Positions 1 to 13,023 of a stretch of 64,000 nt of DNA are shown here, one piece after another. The position numbers were made by a program, and so were the translations under genes. The stretch is from positions 310,001 through 374,000 of the forward strand of contig CAJFCJ010000012.1 of assembly GCA_904063045.1 (NCBI GenBank), written 5' to 3'. Under the pieces are notes generated by a model, which saw only the letters and a list, made by a program, of their open reading frames with translations, was not told where the DNA came from and did not search any database. The DNA is from Dimorphilus gyrociliatus (taxonomy: Eukaryota; Animalia; Annelida). Each line of letters opens with the position of its first letter. Position 1 is the first letter of the stretch.

Positions 1-599
1 ATTACCATGACAATAATTCAAATATGGTATTCTCTTGTTTGTGGACAATAGTTACAGAAGACAGAATATAAAATTCCAGTTCAATTAGCTGTATTTGTCA
101 TAAATAAAATATTTTCTTTATTTGTCAGACAAAAATTTTTATGATTCAAGTTTTGCAATGTTAATTAATTCTCTTGAGAGTTGTTAATTACCAAAGAATT
201 AATGACAGGGAATGCGTTAGATTTTGATTTACTATAGCAAGAGAATGGTGTTAAATGCATTATATGTCTCATACACAGAGAATAGAAGTTCTTTTCTACA
301 TATTATTTCACTAAATATAGTATATTATGTGAATTATTTGTGAATTATGCATATTGTACATGGCATTATTTGTTCATTTTCACGTTGAATGTAATTTTAA
401 CCAACTCTAATATATACTTAAATAAATTAATAATATATAGAACTGAGAGCAATTTGTGTAACAAATTGATATATTTCATTCTTTTATTTATTTTAATAAA
501 GAGATTTTCACAATGACTTGCAAATAATGAAACTCTGAAAGAAAAATGTAAAGAAAGGGTTGATCATAGACCTAGAAAGAAAGAGATACAAAGCGTGAG

Positions 600-616
600 A
601 AGAGAGAGAGAGAGAG
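600..616. repeat. (GA)n microsatellite
   Basis: Read directly from the sequence. Confidence 0.9.
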
Positions 617-2311
617 GAATAAAGATGAAAAGAGAGGCAGTGAGGTAGCGAAGGCGTGACACGGATATAAAATTTAAGCGACTAATTTAAAACACTAAAT
701 TAGATTCGATTTAAGTTTCCCGGTAAATACAACAAAAAGTAATAAAGTAGTCCATGACGTAGAAAGCTTACGTCATTTTGCTATTCTGGATAACAAGTAG
801 TATTATTTGATGAGAATCATTTAAAGTTATTATTTTTTCATACAAATATATCATAATTATATATATAGGGCTAATGTTTACTTATATTTTTATCAGATCA
901 AGGCTAGATATTATCTAATTAGACCTTATTATACTCTCTCAACTTATCAAACTTTTAAAGATATATTACGAGTTTTATGAAAGTACAAATAAATATGTCA
1001 TTTAGATCTTTGTAATCTATTACCTAATTAATCTACTGGGCTTTGTTTTATTGTTTAGAGAAATTTCTTTTTATTTTTATAACTTATTTTTTAAAAAATA
1101 GATAAGAACACAAATAAATAGAAGCCACTGGACAACTTTCATATCATTCAATTTTATGCTGTTAACCAAATAGTTATATTTTCTTTTTTAGTACAACGTC
1201 AACAGTAACTAATTGAATACGAAGTACGAAAAAGAGACAAAAGAAAACAAAAATCTTACTTAATTGTTACAGCTGCTACTGAAACAATTGTGATCTGTTG
1301 CTTTGCTAAATACTTATTCATTCAGTAATAGGCAAATCATTTAAAGAGAAGCTAAAAGTTAATACCTGTAAAAAAAAAAGCTTGAATATTTTCAAGACTC
1401 ATCTCTTTTTGAAGGTAAGAAGTCAAAAGAAAAAAAAAACAAGTTATACATAATATTTAAATTATAACAATTATAATAATAATAGATAATTATATTAATT
1501 ATTAATTATAATAATAGATAATATATGTATATTATATATTTAACTAGTTGATTTTTAGATTATCAGAATGAAAATAAAAGATTATTAGTATCTTTTCTTA
1601 CCTCTAAAAAATTTTTAGAGTATAAACGAAATAAGATAGAATTATTGAAAATAGAGATTGGAACAATGTTGATTTGCATGGAAATAGGGTAACTGAAATA
1701 TTCTGATAATTATTATGGTTTCTCTATATTACTTTTATACTTTCCATCAAAGAAATATCCATAGGCTTATGTTAAAAAATAGTACTTCAAGATTAAATTG
1801 TATATATATAAGCTATAGAGAAAATTCTGAAGTATTTACCACAAAAGTGTAATCTTTAACGAGATGCGTAAATTGAAATAGATTAAGTGCTTCTTTGTTT
1901 ACGATCTTTCACAGTGTTATTTTATTCTCCTACTGTTTAAACCTGATCTTAGAACGGATATCTACTTTCTACCTTAATAAAAACAAAATATATTAGTCAT
2001 GGTAAAGGCATACAATCATATCTTGATTTCAAATCGAAGTATATCATTAAACTTGTTTTAACCTTTTAGTTAGCAGCCTTAGAAAAAGTATCTATGCATA
2101 TAAAGCAAAAAATTTCAGGATTTAACCTCATGACCAATGATAAGATTTAAATGGATCGTGCATTATAAAAAGAGAATTAATAATTTTAGAGCTTTAACTT
2201 GTTTACACTTGAACTTTTATAGATACTAGTTCTGAACTATCTAAGTATTATTTGTTACTATTTATTACAGATAATTCTCGTATTCCTAAATTATTGGCTG
2301 GAAGAGAGAAA

Positions 2312-5300
2312 ATGAACTCAAAAAGAAAACCTTTGACACTAATAATAAACGAAAAATTGGTATATTTTTTCCATATTAGTTTATTATTTTGTCTAAATGT
2401 ATAACAAGATATAAATATTAAATGTAGGTCTACATTGATAGAAACACTATTTGTATATATTGTATATTGTGTAATAAGTAATTAAATATATTAAAAAAAT
2501 ATACCAGTTGCCATGGTCTGAGAGTTAAAAGGCTTTATTTAACTTATTCAGAGAGTTTTAAATAATTTCAAATTACTTATCTTGCAGATAAAAGATCCAT
2601 CGGTCGACCCAGAGCAAACAGTTCTAAGCTATCTAAGAGATAACTGTAAGCAAAATAGAATTTCTGAATACTATACAGTATATTCTCTGAAGTTTATGTA
2701 ATTTTGCAATAACTATCTGTCTAAATGTCGAAATACTATAAAATGATACATTAATCTGATTAGAATATATAGTATACTGTATAATTGTATATATCGTTAT
2801 GTAATATTTTAATATAATTTAAAGTATTGTGTAGGCTACAAAGTTTTTTTATATTAGTGAGGTTGACAGGAAGTAAATTAGCATGTGGTGAAGGTGGTTG
2901 CGGGGCTTGTACTGTTATGGTTTCAGCCCTTGCGAAATCGAAAAACGAGATAAAGTATGACATTTGCCCTATTTTTCCTATTTTTATGAATAATATTGAA
3001 AAATATGTGCTTACATTTGTCTTATTTTAAGGCATTACTCTATCAACTCGTGTATAACACCTATACTATCACTTCATGGTTTAGCTGTGACAACAGTTGA
3101 GGGAATTGGTAATTTGAAGGGCGGAGTTCATCCTGTTCAAGAAAGAATTGCTAAAGCCCATGGAGTACAATGTGGTTATTGCACTCCTGGATTTGTTATG
3201 AGCATGTACACTCTATTGAAAAACGTTCCACAACCAGAAAAAAAGCAAGTTGAGGAAGCTTTTCACGGTAATATTTGCCGTTGTACTGGGTACAGATCAA
3301 TTTTAAGTGGCTGTTACACTTTCTGCAAAAATAATAAAGTAAGGACTTTGTAAAAAAATTATTTATCTCTCATTCAATAAAATCACAGAAAAAAGGGAAA
3401 AATATTTAAATAAGTCCTTAATATGATTTCATTTTTTATGTATTTTATTGAAGCAAGTATGATAAATTTCTTATGTAGTTTAAGACAGTATTATAAGATA
3501 TATACTGTTTTCAGACAGTTGATATTGAAGAATTAAGCCTTGGGGATGGAAGTAATTTATACTGTAAAAAGTCTTTTGACGCCTCAGACTGGAAAAACTA
3601 CAAAACATGTAATGGAGAAACCATCCCACTGAAGTCACTTGTAATTTATTCTTGCAATTATATTGTCTCTTTAGCTAATACTGTATAAAAATAATCTGAA
3701 TCTTTTATTAGAAAATAGATGAAGAATTCCAGCACGAGAAAAAGGGAAAATGCTGGATTAGAGCTGAATCTATTCAACATTTGACAACCTTAAAGTTTAA
3801 TCATCCAGAAGCTCCCTTAATTGCAGGAAGCACTGAATTATCTGTTGAAAAACTAACTAAAAAGGAAGAAAAATCTGCAATCTTAATTCACGTACCACAT
3901 TATTTAGATAATACAATAGAACAGGATGGCAATTGTATGATTGTTGGCTGCTCGACAACCCTAACTGATCTCGAAGATTATGTTAAAAATCATGATAGAG
4001 ATTTTAATACATTTGAAGCAATTGAGGAATGCTTAAAATACTTTGGTAGTAACCAAATTAGAAATGTTGCAACAGTTTCTGGAAACGTCTATACGTCTAG
4101 CCCAATATCTGATCTAATACCAATTCTAGTTGCAACTAAATCTTCCGTTATTCTAAAATCAAAATTTGCAGAGAGAAAGGTTTATATAAACGAAGATTTT
4201 TTCACCGGCTATAGAAAGAATGTCATTGAAGATATTGAAATTATTTCAAAGTTTATCATACCGATGACCTTAGAGAAGAATGAATACATAAGATTTTATA
4301 AACAAGCCAAAAGAAAATATGACGATATCTCCATAATAAATGCTTGTTTTTACGTTAAATTAACAAATGATCAAACTATTGAGGATATTAGAATTGTTTA
4401 CGGAGGCATTTCTTTTAGAGTTGTAGAAGCTACGCAAACGTCTGAAAAGTTGATTGGCTTAAAATGGAACAAGAAAATGTCAGAAACGGCTACATGTAAT
4501 TTAATAAAAGAATTATTTATTACAAAAGGTAGTCCAGGTGGTGAAGAAACTTACAGAAATAATTTATTATTAAGTTTATATTTCAAATTCTATCTGGATG
4601 TTTGTCAGAAACTTGATGGTTTTAAACACGAAAATTCAGTTCAGACAATATCAGGAATTCAATTATTCGATGCCATCCCTGGAGAGAATACAATAGGTAA
4701 ATCTTTGTCCATTCCTGCAGCTTTAAAGCATACAACAGGAGAATCTGATTTTATATGCGACATGCCAAAGTTCGAGAATGAATTGATTATTTATCCTATA
4801 ATTTGTCCAATTGCCTGTGCAAAATTTAATCTAAAAAATCGGGAAGAAATTTTAAGGATGGAAGGTGTTATTGATATTTGGGATTGGAAAGTATTTTATG
4901 ATTGTTGGAAATGGAAGAGTGTAAGCTATTATGTATCCTCAATTATTGCTCTGATTGCGACAGATGAAACTATCTATGCTGGTCAACCAATTTATTTTGT
5001 CATTGCAACTGACTTGGCAATGGCTGAAAAAGCGGGTATTCTTATGGAAATTGAATACAACAGAGTTGAAACACCTCTTTTGACTGTTGATGATGCTATA
5101 GCGGCAAATTCTTTTCACAAATCAAAAGCTTATCCATCCATTGAATTAGGGGACGTTGAAGAAGAATTTAAGGTTAAATACTTAAATAAATCTATACTTT
5201 CAGTATAAAATTCTTCAACTTGAAAATTCTATTGTAGAGGTCGGATGAAGTACTTGTTGGAGAAGTAAATGTAGGTAAACAAGAACATTTCTATATGGAA

Positions 5301-7395
5301 ACTCAATCAGCTTTAGCTGTTCCAAGAGACGGAGATGCTTTAGATGTTTACAGTAGTACACAAAATGTTGGCGGTGACCATAGATATATAGCCTCTATAC
5401 TAGATAAACCTCAGCATTTAATTAACGTTATTTGTAAAAGATGTGGTGGTGGATTTGGTGGTAAAGAAAATCAAGCTATTACCACCTCAATACCAGCTAG
5501 CTTAGTTGCAGAAAAATTCAAAAGACCTACGCGATATATAATGAACAGACAAATCGATATGCAAGTGACCGGAGGCAGAAATCCGATGAAGGCAAAGTAC
5601 AAAGTTGCCTTTAGTAAATCCGGAACAATTAAAGCCTTAGAGGTGACAATATATATGAATTCAGGTTACTCCATGGAATGTGGCTATGATGTAGGAATTA
5701 AATGTGTTAAGTCTGTAGGGGGAGGTTATAGAATTCCTCATATGTCTGTTAACGTAAAATTTTGCAAAACGAATATAGTTAGCAATACTGCATTTAGGGG
5801 ATTTGGTACACCTCAGGCTGCAATAATCACTGAGAGTATTATAGAAAACATCGCGCATAAATTGCAACTTGGATCAGACCATATTCGTGAAATAAATATG
5901 CTGAAAGATGGTGAACCAACAAAACTATGTGGGCATGCAAGTCTAACAAGTATGCAAAATGATTCGCTCGGAAAATGTTGGAGAGAAATGATGAAACTAT
6001 ACAAAGTTGAAGAGAGAAAGAGTTCAATTATACAATTTAACAAAGAAAATAGATGGAAAAAACGTGGAATTGCTTCAACAGTAGTTGAACACTACATTGG
6101 TTTCAATAAAGGATGCTTGATGCAAGGAAATGCACTGGTGAATATTTATAGAGACGGATCGATCTATTTGTCTTTCAGTGGGGTTGAAATGGGACAAGGT
6201 CTAAATGCCAAAATGCAACAAGTTGCATCTTCTGCCTTAAATGTTGAATATGATAGAATTTATATTCCTGACACGTCGTCTTATTGTACACCCAACTCCA
6301 CAATAACAGCAGCAAGTTGTGGAACAGATGTCAATGGGTTTGCGGTATTGGATGCATGCCAAAAACTTAACAGAAGACTTAACGGCGTTAGAGAAAAGTT
6401 TCCAAATGCATCCTGGGAAGAAATAGTAAGCGGAGAATAGAATTTAAAAGTTTAATATACAAATTAACTTATGAAAACATTGTTTCCTTCTCTATAATAG
6501 GTGGAAAAAGCCTATATCCAACAAATTAACCTCTCTGCCAGTGGACATCATAAATTGTATACTATATATTTCTTTCTCGGTTGATACGGAAAGTTAAATA
6601 CTTATTTCAATTATTTTCAGTGAAATTTTTCAAAATCAAGATAAAAATAAGAGCGGTGACGATGGTTTATATGTCGTTTGGGGTACATCAACAACTGAAG
6701 TTGAGATTGACAGTTTAACGGGGGATGTTGTTGTTTTAGAATCAGACATTGTTATGGACATTGGGAAGTCTATGAATCCGGCTGTTGACATTGGTCAAAT
6801 AGAAGGAGCTTTTGTACAGGGTAAAATTTCAAATGTTATCATAGTTTCATTTAAATTAAAAAAAAATATTGTTAATTGCTATTTTGTTCCTTATTAAAGA
6901 TGTTTTCAAGCTTTTCTTTATTTTATTCTAGGATTAGGTTTAGTTCTTCTTGAGGAACAACTTTATAATCCTTCCAGCGGGCAACTAATTACAAATGGTC
7001 CTGGAAAATATAAATTACCGTCTGTGAGCAATATACCGAGAAAATTTAATGTTACATTGCTTAGGGGAGGAGACGATGGTGAGAAAAAAGCTATTCACTC
7101 ATCAAAGGTAACTTACTTATTCATTAAGCATTTTTACAATTACTCTATAATTCCAACCAATCAGGGTGTTGGAGAGCCAGCTATATCTTTGGCAGCATCT
7201 GCAGTTTGTGCTGCCAGAAAAGCTGTAGCGTCATCTCGTTTCGATGATAAAAATACGCAACAATTTGTTATTGATACTCCAGCAACGCCATCTATCATAA
7301 GAAATTTATGTACTGATGATTTGCTTTTAAAAGTTACTGAAGAGGAGAAAAGGAGACAAGAGACTTTAGAAAAAGAATGGTGTGTCCGTGTATAA
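2312..7395 (+). CDS. XDH: Xanthine dehydrogenase/aldehyde oxidase family molybdo-flavoenzyme (multi-exon)
   Basis: Spliced by hand from ATG 2312 using GT-AG junctions (exons approx. 2312-2359, 2588-2645, 2858-2954, 3032-3338, 3515-3640, 3712-5172, 5238-6425, 6501-6556, 6622-6820, 6932-7107, 7165-7395). Motifs: 2Fe-2[10 protein letters not shown] and QCGYCTPG...GNICRCTGY; FAD domain [17 protein letters not shown] and FFTGYRK; Moco domain [53 protein letters not shown]. Whether it is XDH or an AOX-like paralog is uncertain (see findings). Confidence 0.93.
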
Positions 7396-8865
7396 GTGAC
7401 AAAAGAAAAATCATAGATGATTACAATATTTTTTCATTTGAAATAGTTTATTCCTTAATTGATTACGCAACTTATAGAGTGTTTCTTACTAGAAATCAAA
7501 ATATCTTTGTAAATATGCAATCAATTTATTTTATTCAGTATCTAGAAATCATATGTACATTATAGTTAATTATTTATCATGATTCTATTTTTTTGTCATA
7601 ATCATTGAGTAAACTATCATTTTCAAATATCTCTTCCAAGGTACCTCAGAAAGAGATAATCATCAAAGCTTGAATAGAGAAAAAAGAAAAAATAGATAGA
7701 TTACTTTTTATAATTTTAACGATATTTTTGTAAATGTTTTAATTTGAAAAATAAAGAAATATTTACCTCCAATCTCCCAAGGAATCTCTTGAGTCGCTTC
7801 GTTTATGAACAATCAATTTACAAATTGCTTGGCAGTGTGCAGATTTTGAATGATTCCTATTAAGTTTTATACATAATATTTTAATTATAATAATCATTTA
7901 TTTTTAACATCTTACTTGCACAAATCGATGCAGTTGTGATCTCTATCCAGCTTTGCCAAAATAGGGGCAATTAAGCAAATGGCGAATAAAACTTTCAGAG
8001 TTTTTGTAAACATTTTCAATATCTATTTAAAAAAATAACCTACATTGTTACATCAACTGTAAAGAAGATGTAATAAATCTTGCCTACCTTTTATCTATTA
8101 TAAACCTTGTAGTTGTTTGTTGATCGCAAAGAGTCTGAACGAGTGTTGGCGACACTAGTTATTTATGTTTTGCATATATTAAGAATTGAAAATGAGGCTT
8201 TAGTTTTACTTGTAAAATATTTTTGATTAATTGTTATTATTCGTCTTGTAATTATAAATGTTTTATATCCTATTATCTTTATATAAATTGCAATTTTATA
8301 GCTAAAATTGAGTTTATTTCAAAGAATAACGTAGTAACTTAGTAAATATGTCTAATAGAAATACTATAGAAAAAAAGAGGAAATTTATTATTATAAAAAT
8401 ATCTAAAAATATAAATTCTTAAAAAAAATTCCACAGTAAAAATACACACTAGTCTTTATATTATTCTTATCAAATCGGATACCCCTTTATAAAGCTAAAA
8501 GGAACTGCTTTAGTTGCAAAATTGTCTTATTAACTGTAAAAAATATGCCAAAGGAGATATACGTTGTTAGATGTCAAATAAACATGTTAATTTTGGCTAG
8601 AATTTCCAAACCATAAGATAAATACTTTCTTCACAGTTGAAACTTGTCAAAAGAATTTATGGACCGAAAAATCGGTGTATTTATAAGACTTTTTTCATAT
8701 AATAATCTTTGAGCGCATTGATAGTAAAGAGAGAAGAAAAACAAAGAGACAAACAAACAAAAAAGGGATGTAACACTAATATGAAAATTATTAACATATT
8801 TCATTGTTTGTAAGATTAAGTGTATTTGTCAGCTTGCCTCTTCAAAACTTTTAATTTTTGAATAA

Positions 8866-11542
8866 TTACCATCCCAGTGGTATGTTTTTCGTTTCAATAT
8901 ACACGTCTAACCATTTCTCTAGAGGCTCAAAAAAATTTCGCAGGGCTTTCGAGTCAAATTTATTCGTTCCGGTAAATTCCTCAAGTACCTCACGCCATGG
9001 TCTCTTAGAACCTAACTCTAACATTGACCTATATGAAATTTTAATAAGAGTTGTATAATTAGCCAAACTATTGAAAATCTCCAAACTCACTTCAATTTAT
9101 TTCCAGCTTTGGTCGATTTATAAATGTCGCATAGGTAGACAGGACCTTCATGCTTTTTTTCTTTGCATAACGCTTCGTGAAACTGAAATTGAGCTACAAA
9201 TGAAAAGAGATACCTGAAAAAAAGAAAATCGCTTTATTGGTTGAAAAGGAATACTATCAAGAGTTTTTACCTCAAGTAAGGTGTAAAAGATGCAACATGG
9301 TACTTGGAAGCAGCATCCATATCTATATCATCATCTCTTTTAACTGGTGGTTTTATACCTTGATATTTTTTTCTATTCAAATAATACATAAAAATATAGA
9401 AACATTACTTTGATACAAGAGGATTATTATATTCGCTTACCTTAAATACCACCAAAATTTATTATAATCTTTTGGTTTTATTTCTCCTCTTCGAACTGCC
9501 CAGGTCCACTTGCATATGACCAGGGACCATGGAACAACTGTCAGTTTTTCTAATGCTTTTTGTAGTAAATAGTTAATATTTCTCTCTGTAAGTTTAGTCA
9601 AAACGTAATTATTAGTTATTTAATTAACGAACAAGAATTTAATTACTTTCTCTATCCAAAGGATTTTTTAATTCTTTGAATAGACCGATAGTTTTTAAAT
9701 GTGTTGGATTGCCAGCTGACAAAGCAATAGTATCTCCAATCTAAAGATAACAAAATGACAAGTAAATAAATAACTTGATCAAAAAAGATATTATGTAACT
9801 CAACGTACCGCTTCGTGAAATGCAGGATTCGCTCCGTTTCTATAAAAATAAGACTGATTTCTGTAAGACATGTAATACTCAATATGTCCCATTTCGTGAT
9901 GTATAGTTAGAAAGTCAGTCTGAGCCACAACAGCACACATTTTAATTCTAAAAGTAGACAAATAAAAAATATTTTAAAGGTAAACAAAACAGAAAAAATA
10001 GTCTGATTACTATTCTACCTATAGTCGTTCTTATATCCTAAATCAAAGGCTGCCGGATGACAAACAACCTGCCTTCCATCAGTAGGCTATATAGATATTT
10101 TGTTAAAAAGAAAAAAGGATTCATTAAATTTCTTTAAAAACCTTAATCGTTTTTTCTAACCTTAGTGAACATACTATTTTTCCAAAATTTCTCTACCATA
10201 GGAAATAAAGTAATAGATTTAAAGAATTTTTCTGCAGTTTTAAACATATCAACAACTGTAAAATTTTTTTCTGATAGTGAATTTGAAAAATTCATAGAAT
10301 CCAGTAAATCTGGATATGGTGCAACAATATCGAGTATTTCGGGCCATTGTTGAGCCCACATGTTTCCGAGTAAATTGGCTTTCATATATCCATATGGTTT
10401 TTGATAATTTCCATAAAATTTATGTAGTTTATATCTAACGTAGGCATGTAATTTTTCATATAAAGGTTTTAGATCATCGTATAAATCTGAAGCTTCCTTT
10501 TCAACTTTATCATCTCCGTAAGACTCTTTCAATCTAAATTTTATGGGATCTTTTTGCCCTAAAATGAAACAAGGTAAATTATTATTTATTTGTAATACAA
10601 TATAATAAATTTAATTAAAGTGTTTCTTTTTATCGCTAAAAATAGTTGAATTTATGGCAAGTATTGTAGAATTTAATTATTTCAATTAAAAATATACAAA
10701 CCATTTTCCGCATCAATTTCTCTTTCAATCTCAATGATTTTTGGATATATTTTTCGAATTTTCCTACCAACAGAATTTCTCCATTCAATCCATATTTTTT
10801 CTAGTACTTTTGGATTTCTAGATTTGGCTAACATAGTAGTAATATTTGGTTCTAAAGGATATTTTATTCCATCTAGTTCTACTGTTCCCTCCCCATAATC
10901 GGCTTCGCATTTAGATTTTAATTTTAATAGTTCCCTGTAGATTATAAAACAGTTTTTATTTTCTTTTAAAAAGGATAATTATATTTAACCAACCTGTTCT
11001 TTGATTCGTTTTTGCTTGCAGTACTAATTGAAATACCTTTTAATATTTTTAAAAGAGTCTCATTTTTGCTATTTTTTAAATTATCTAAAAGATATTTAGC
11101 ATGTTCCTCTAAAGGTCTTTCCTTCCTTTGTATTTCAGCTGAAAATTCATTCATGGCCTTCATATTAGAATCGGTGATATTTGAAAGATAATTAAAGCTC
11201 AAAAGACTTGAATAATATGCAATTTTATCACGTCGATGGCCATATTCTTCAATCCATTTTTTTGCCTCAAGTTCAATTTCGTATAAATCTGTAATATCAT
11301 AAATAATACAGGGTAATATATTTAAACAATAACTTCTTACCAGATGGTTTTTTCTCTTTATTTTGAAATATTTTTTTCAAAATTTCCCTTAAACGTGGAG
11401 TATTTAACTCTACTTTATCAGCATGTCTTTCATTTAGAAGATTATAAAAGGTTTTTAATATTTCATCTTCCTCAGATATTACTGATTTCACTGAGCAACA
11501 CGTGACCAATAATAAGACAGGTAGAATAAAATGAAATTCCAT
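8866..11542 (-). CDS. ACE: Angiotensin-converting enzyme-like (peptidase M2), single catalytic domain, secreted, no C-terminal TM anchor
   Basis: Signal peptide [20 protein letters not shown] motifs: [27 protein letters not shown] zinc motif (HEMGH at 9898-9884), GANPAFHEA|[33 protein letters not shown]-like FFEPLEKWL. Ends IPLGW-stop with no hydrophobic tail. Multi-exon with short introns. Confidence 0.93.
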
Positions 11543-12445
11543 TCGTGAAATGTGACAAAAAATTCTAACGTTTGGTTAAAAACTGCAAAGAATGAAATGT
11601 AATTTATAACTCAAATTAAATAAAGAAATTTATTAAAACAAAACAAATACGCAGCATATGGTTCAACTCTATTCATTTGCGTATATCATTGAACAGCTTT
11701 ACTAATAAAAATATAGTAAAATTAATACTAGTTTGAGCTGTTTCCTTTATTTTAAAAACAAAATTAAAGGTGATTAATTACTTATTTTACCTATTAAACC
11801 AAAAACTAACTGCAAGTCATATCTGTTTTGGAAAAGATTTAAAAGAGCTATGCTCTGGACTGTTTAGCAGGCCATCTAAAACTGGTTTCGTTCAAAACCA
11901 TATTGAAAAGCATATTCACACCAATTATTTCCTAGTGTCAAGTTGTATAACCTGTTTTTTTTTGAATAATCACAAACGCCATCTATGGTATAATTGAATA
12001 GATTGTATAAAAAAGTATCAAGTCTATTTGATTCAAATAAATATAATAGTATGTTAATCAACAAAACGTTTAAACTTAATATTTGTCTTAATCTACTTTT
12101 ACAGCTTTAAAAACAATTATAAACCGTTGATATAAAAGTATATAAAGCATATCAAAGTAGTTTTTATACCAGATGATACATACATTTATGGATATATAAG
12201 AAGTAATTCTTATATTTTTTTAAAGAAAAGCTTTGTTATTGTTTAGATGATAATCGACTGGTTTTAATAATAATAATTATTTATTAATTTCTCCATACTT
12301 TCAAGTTAATATTTTATAAGAATAAAAGAAAAATACTGAATTGGAGTATCACAGTCACAGCGAGCAGAATTTTTTTTAAAAACGCTATTCAATCAGCTAA
12401 CTCTAAATATAAATAGTTTTTGAACCAACAGACTTTCTTTATCAA

Positions 12446-12517
12446 TCTCTCTCTCTCTCTCTCTGTTAGTTATCTTTATCCCTTTCCTTGTCTATCTTTC
12501 TCCCCTCCCTTCCCCTA

Positions 12518-12554
<37 letters not shown>
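12446..12554. repeat. (TC)n microsatellites (12446-12464 and 12521-12554) in a pyrimidine-rich tract
   Basis: Read directly from the sequence. Confidence 0.95.
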
Positions 12555-12558
<4 letters not shown>

Positions 12559-13023
12559 GTCTTTCTTAGGCACAAAAATTATAAAAAATAAAAAAGATAA
12601 ATGAATAGATATTTTCCCTTAAAAGATATGAAAAGAAATAATTTATCTTCCTTTGGCACATAATTTTTAATTATATTACATTAATTTTTTTAACTAAAAA
12701 TATTATCTTTTCTCCTCTTGTTTCTTGTTCTCAGATAGGTAGAAATTAGCTGATTTTGTTTTTGTTTCGTTTAAAATTTTCGTGTAGGTAAATGCAACAA
12801 AAAAAAAACAAAAAGAAAAATACAAAGGTAAATTTTACAACAGGAAAAAAAAAGATGACAATTAAAAAATATTTCTTTTTCTTATGAAAAACTTGTGTAA
12901 TACAGTCATAAAGCAAATAAGTCTGCAGAATGAGCTTTTTTTCTGTTTTGAGTATTCCAATATTAAAAAAAAACACAATTTTTTATAGGGAGGGAAGAAT
13001 AGGATATATGTAAACTTCCTCCG

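Noticed and set aside
1415-2270. Possible 5' UTR intron of the XDH-like gene (donor at 1415, acceptor at 2270)
   Set aside because: The splice signals are plausible, but non-coding exons cannot be supported without transcript data.
4891-4963. Odd W/Y-rich stretch in the XDH Moco domain as a possible cryptic intron
   Set aside because: The gtaagc...cag candidate is 43 nt and would shift the frame, and the segment length matches the family loop. It is more likely divergent coding sequence.
7108-7164. Apparent 19-aa insertion [19 protein letters not shown] next to the catalytic Glu of the XDH-like protein
   Set aside because: It is a 57-nt stop-free GT-AG intron. Removing it restores SSK-GVGEP.
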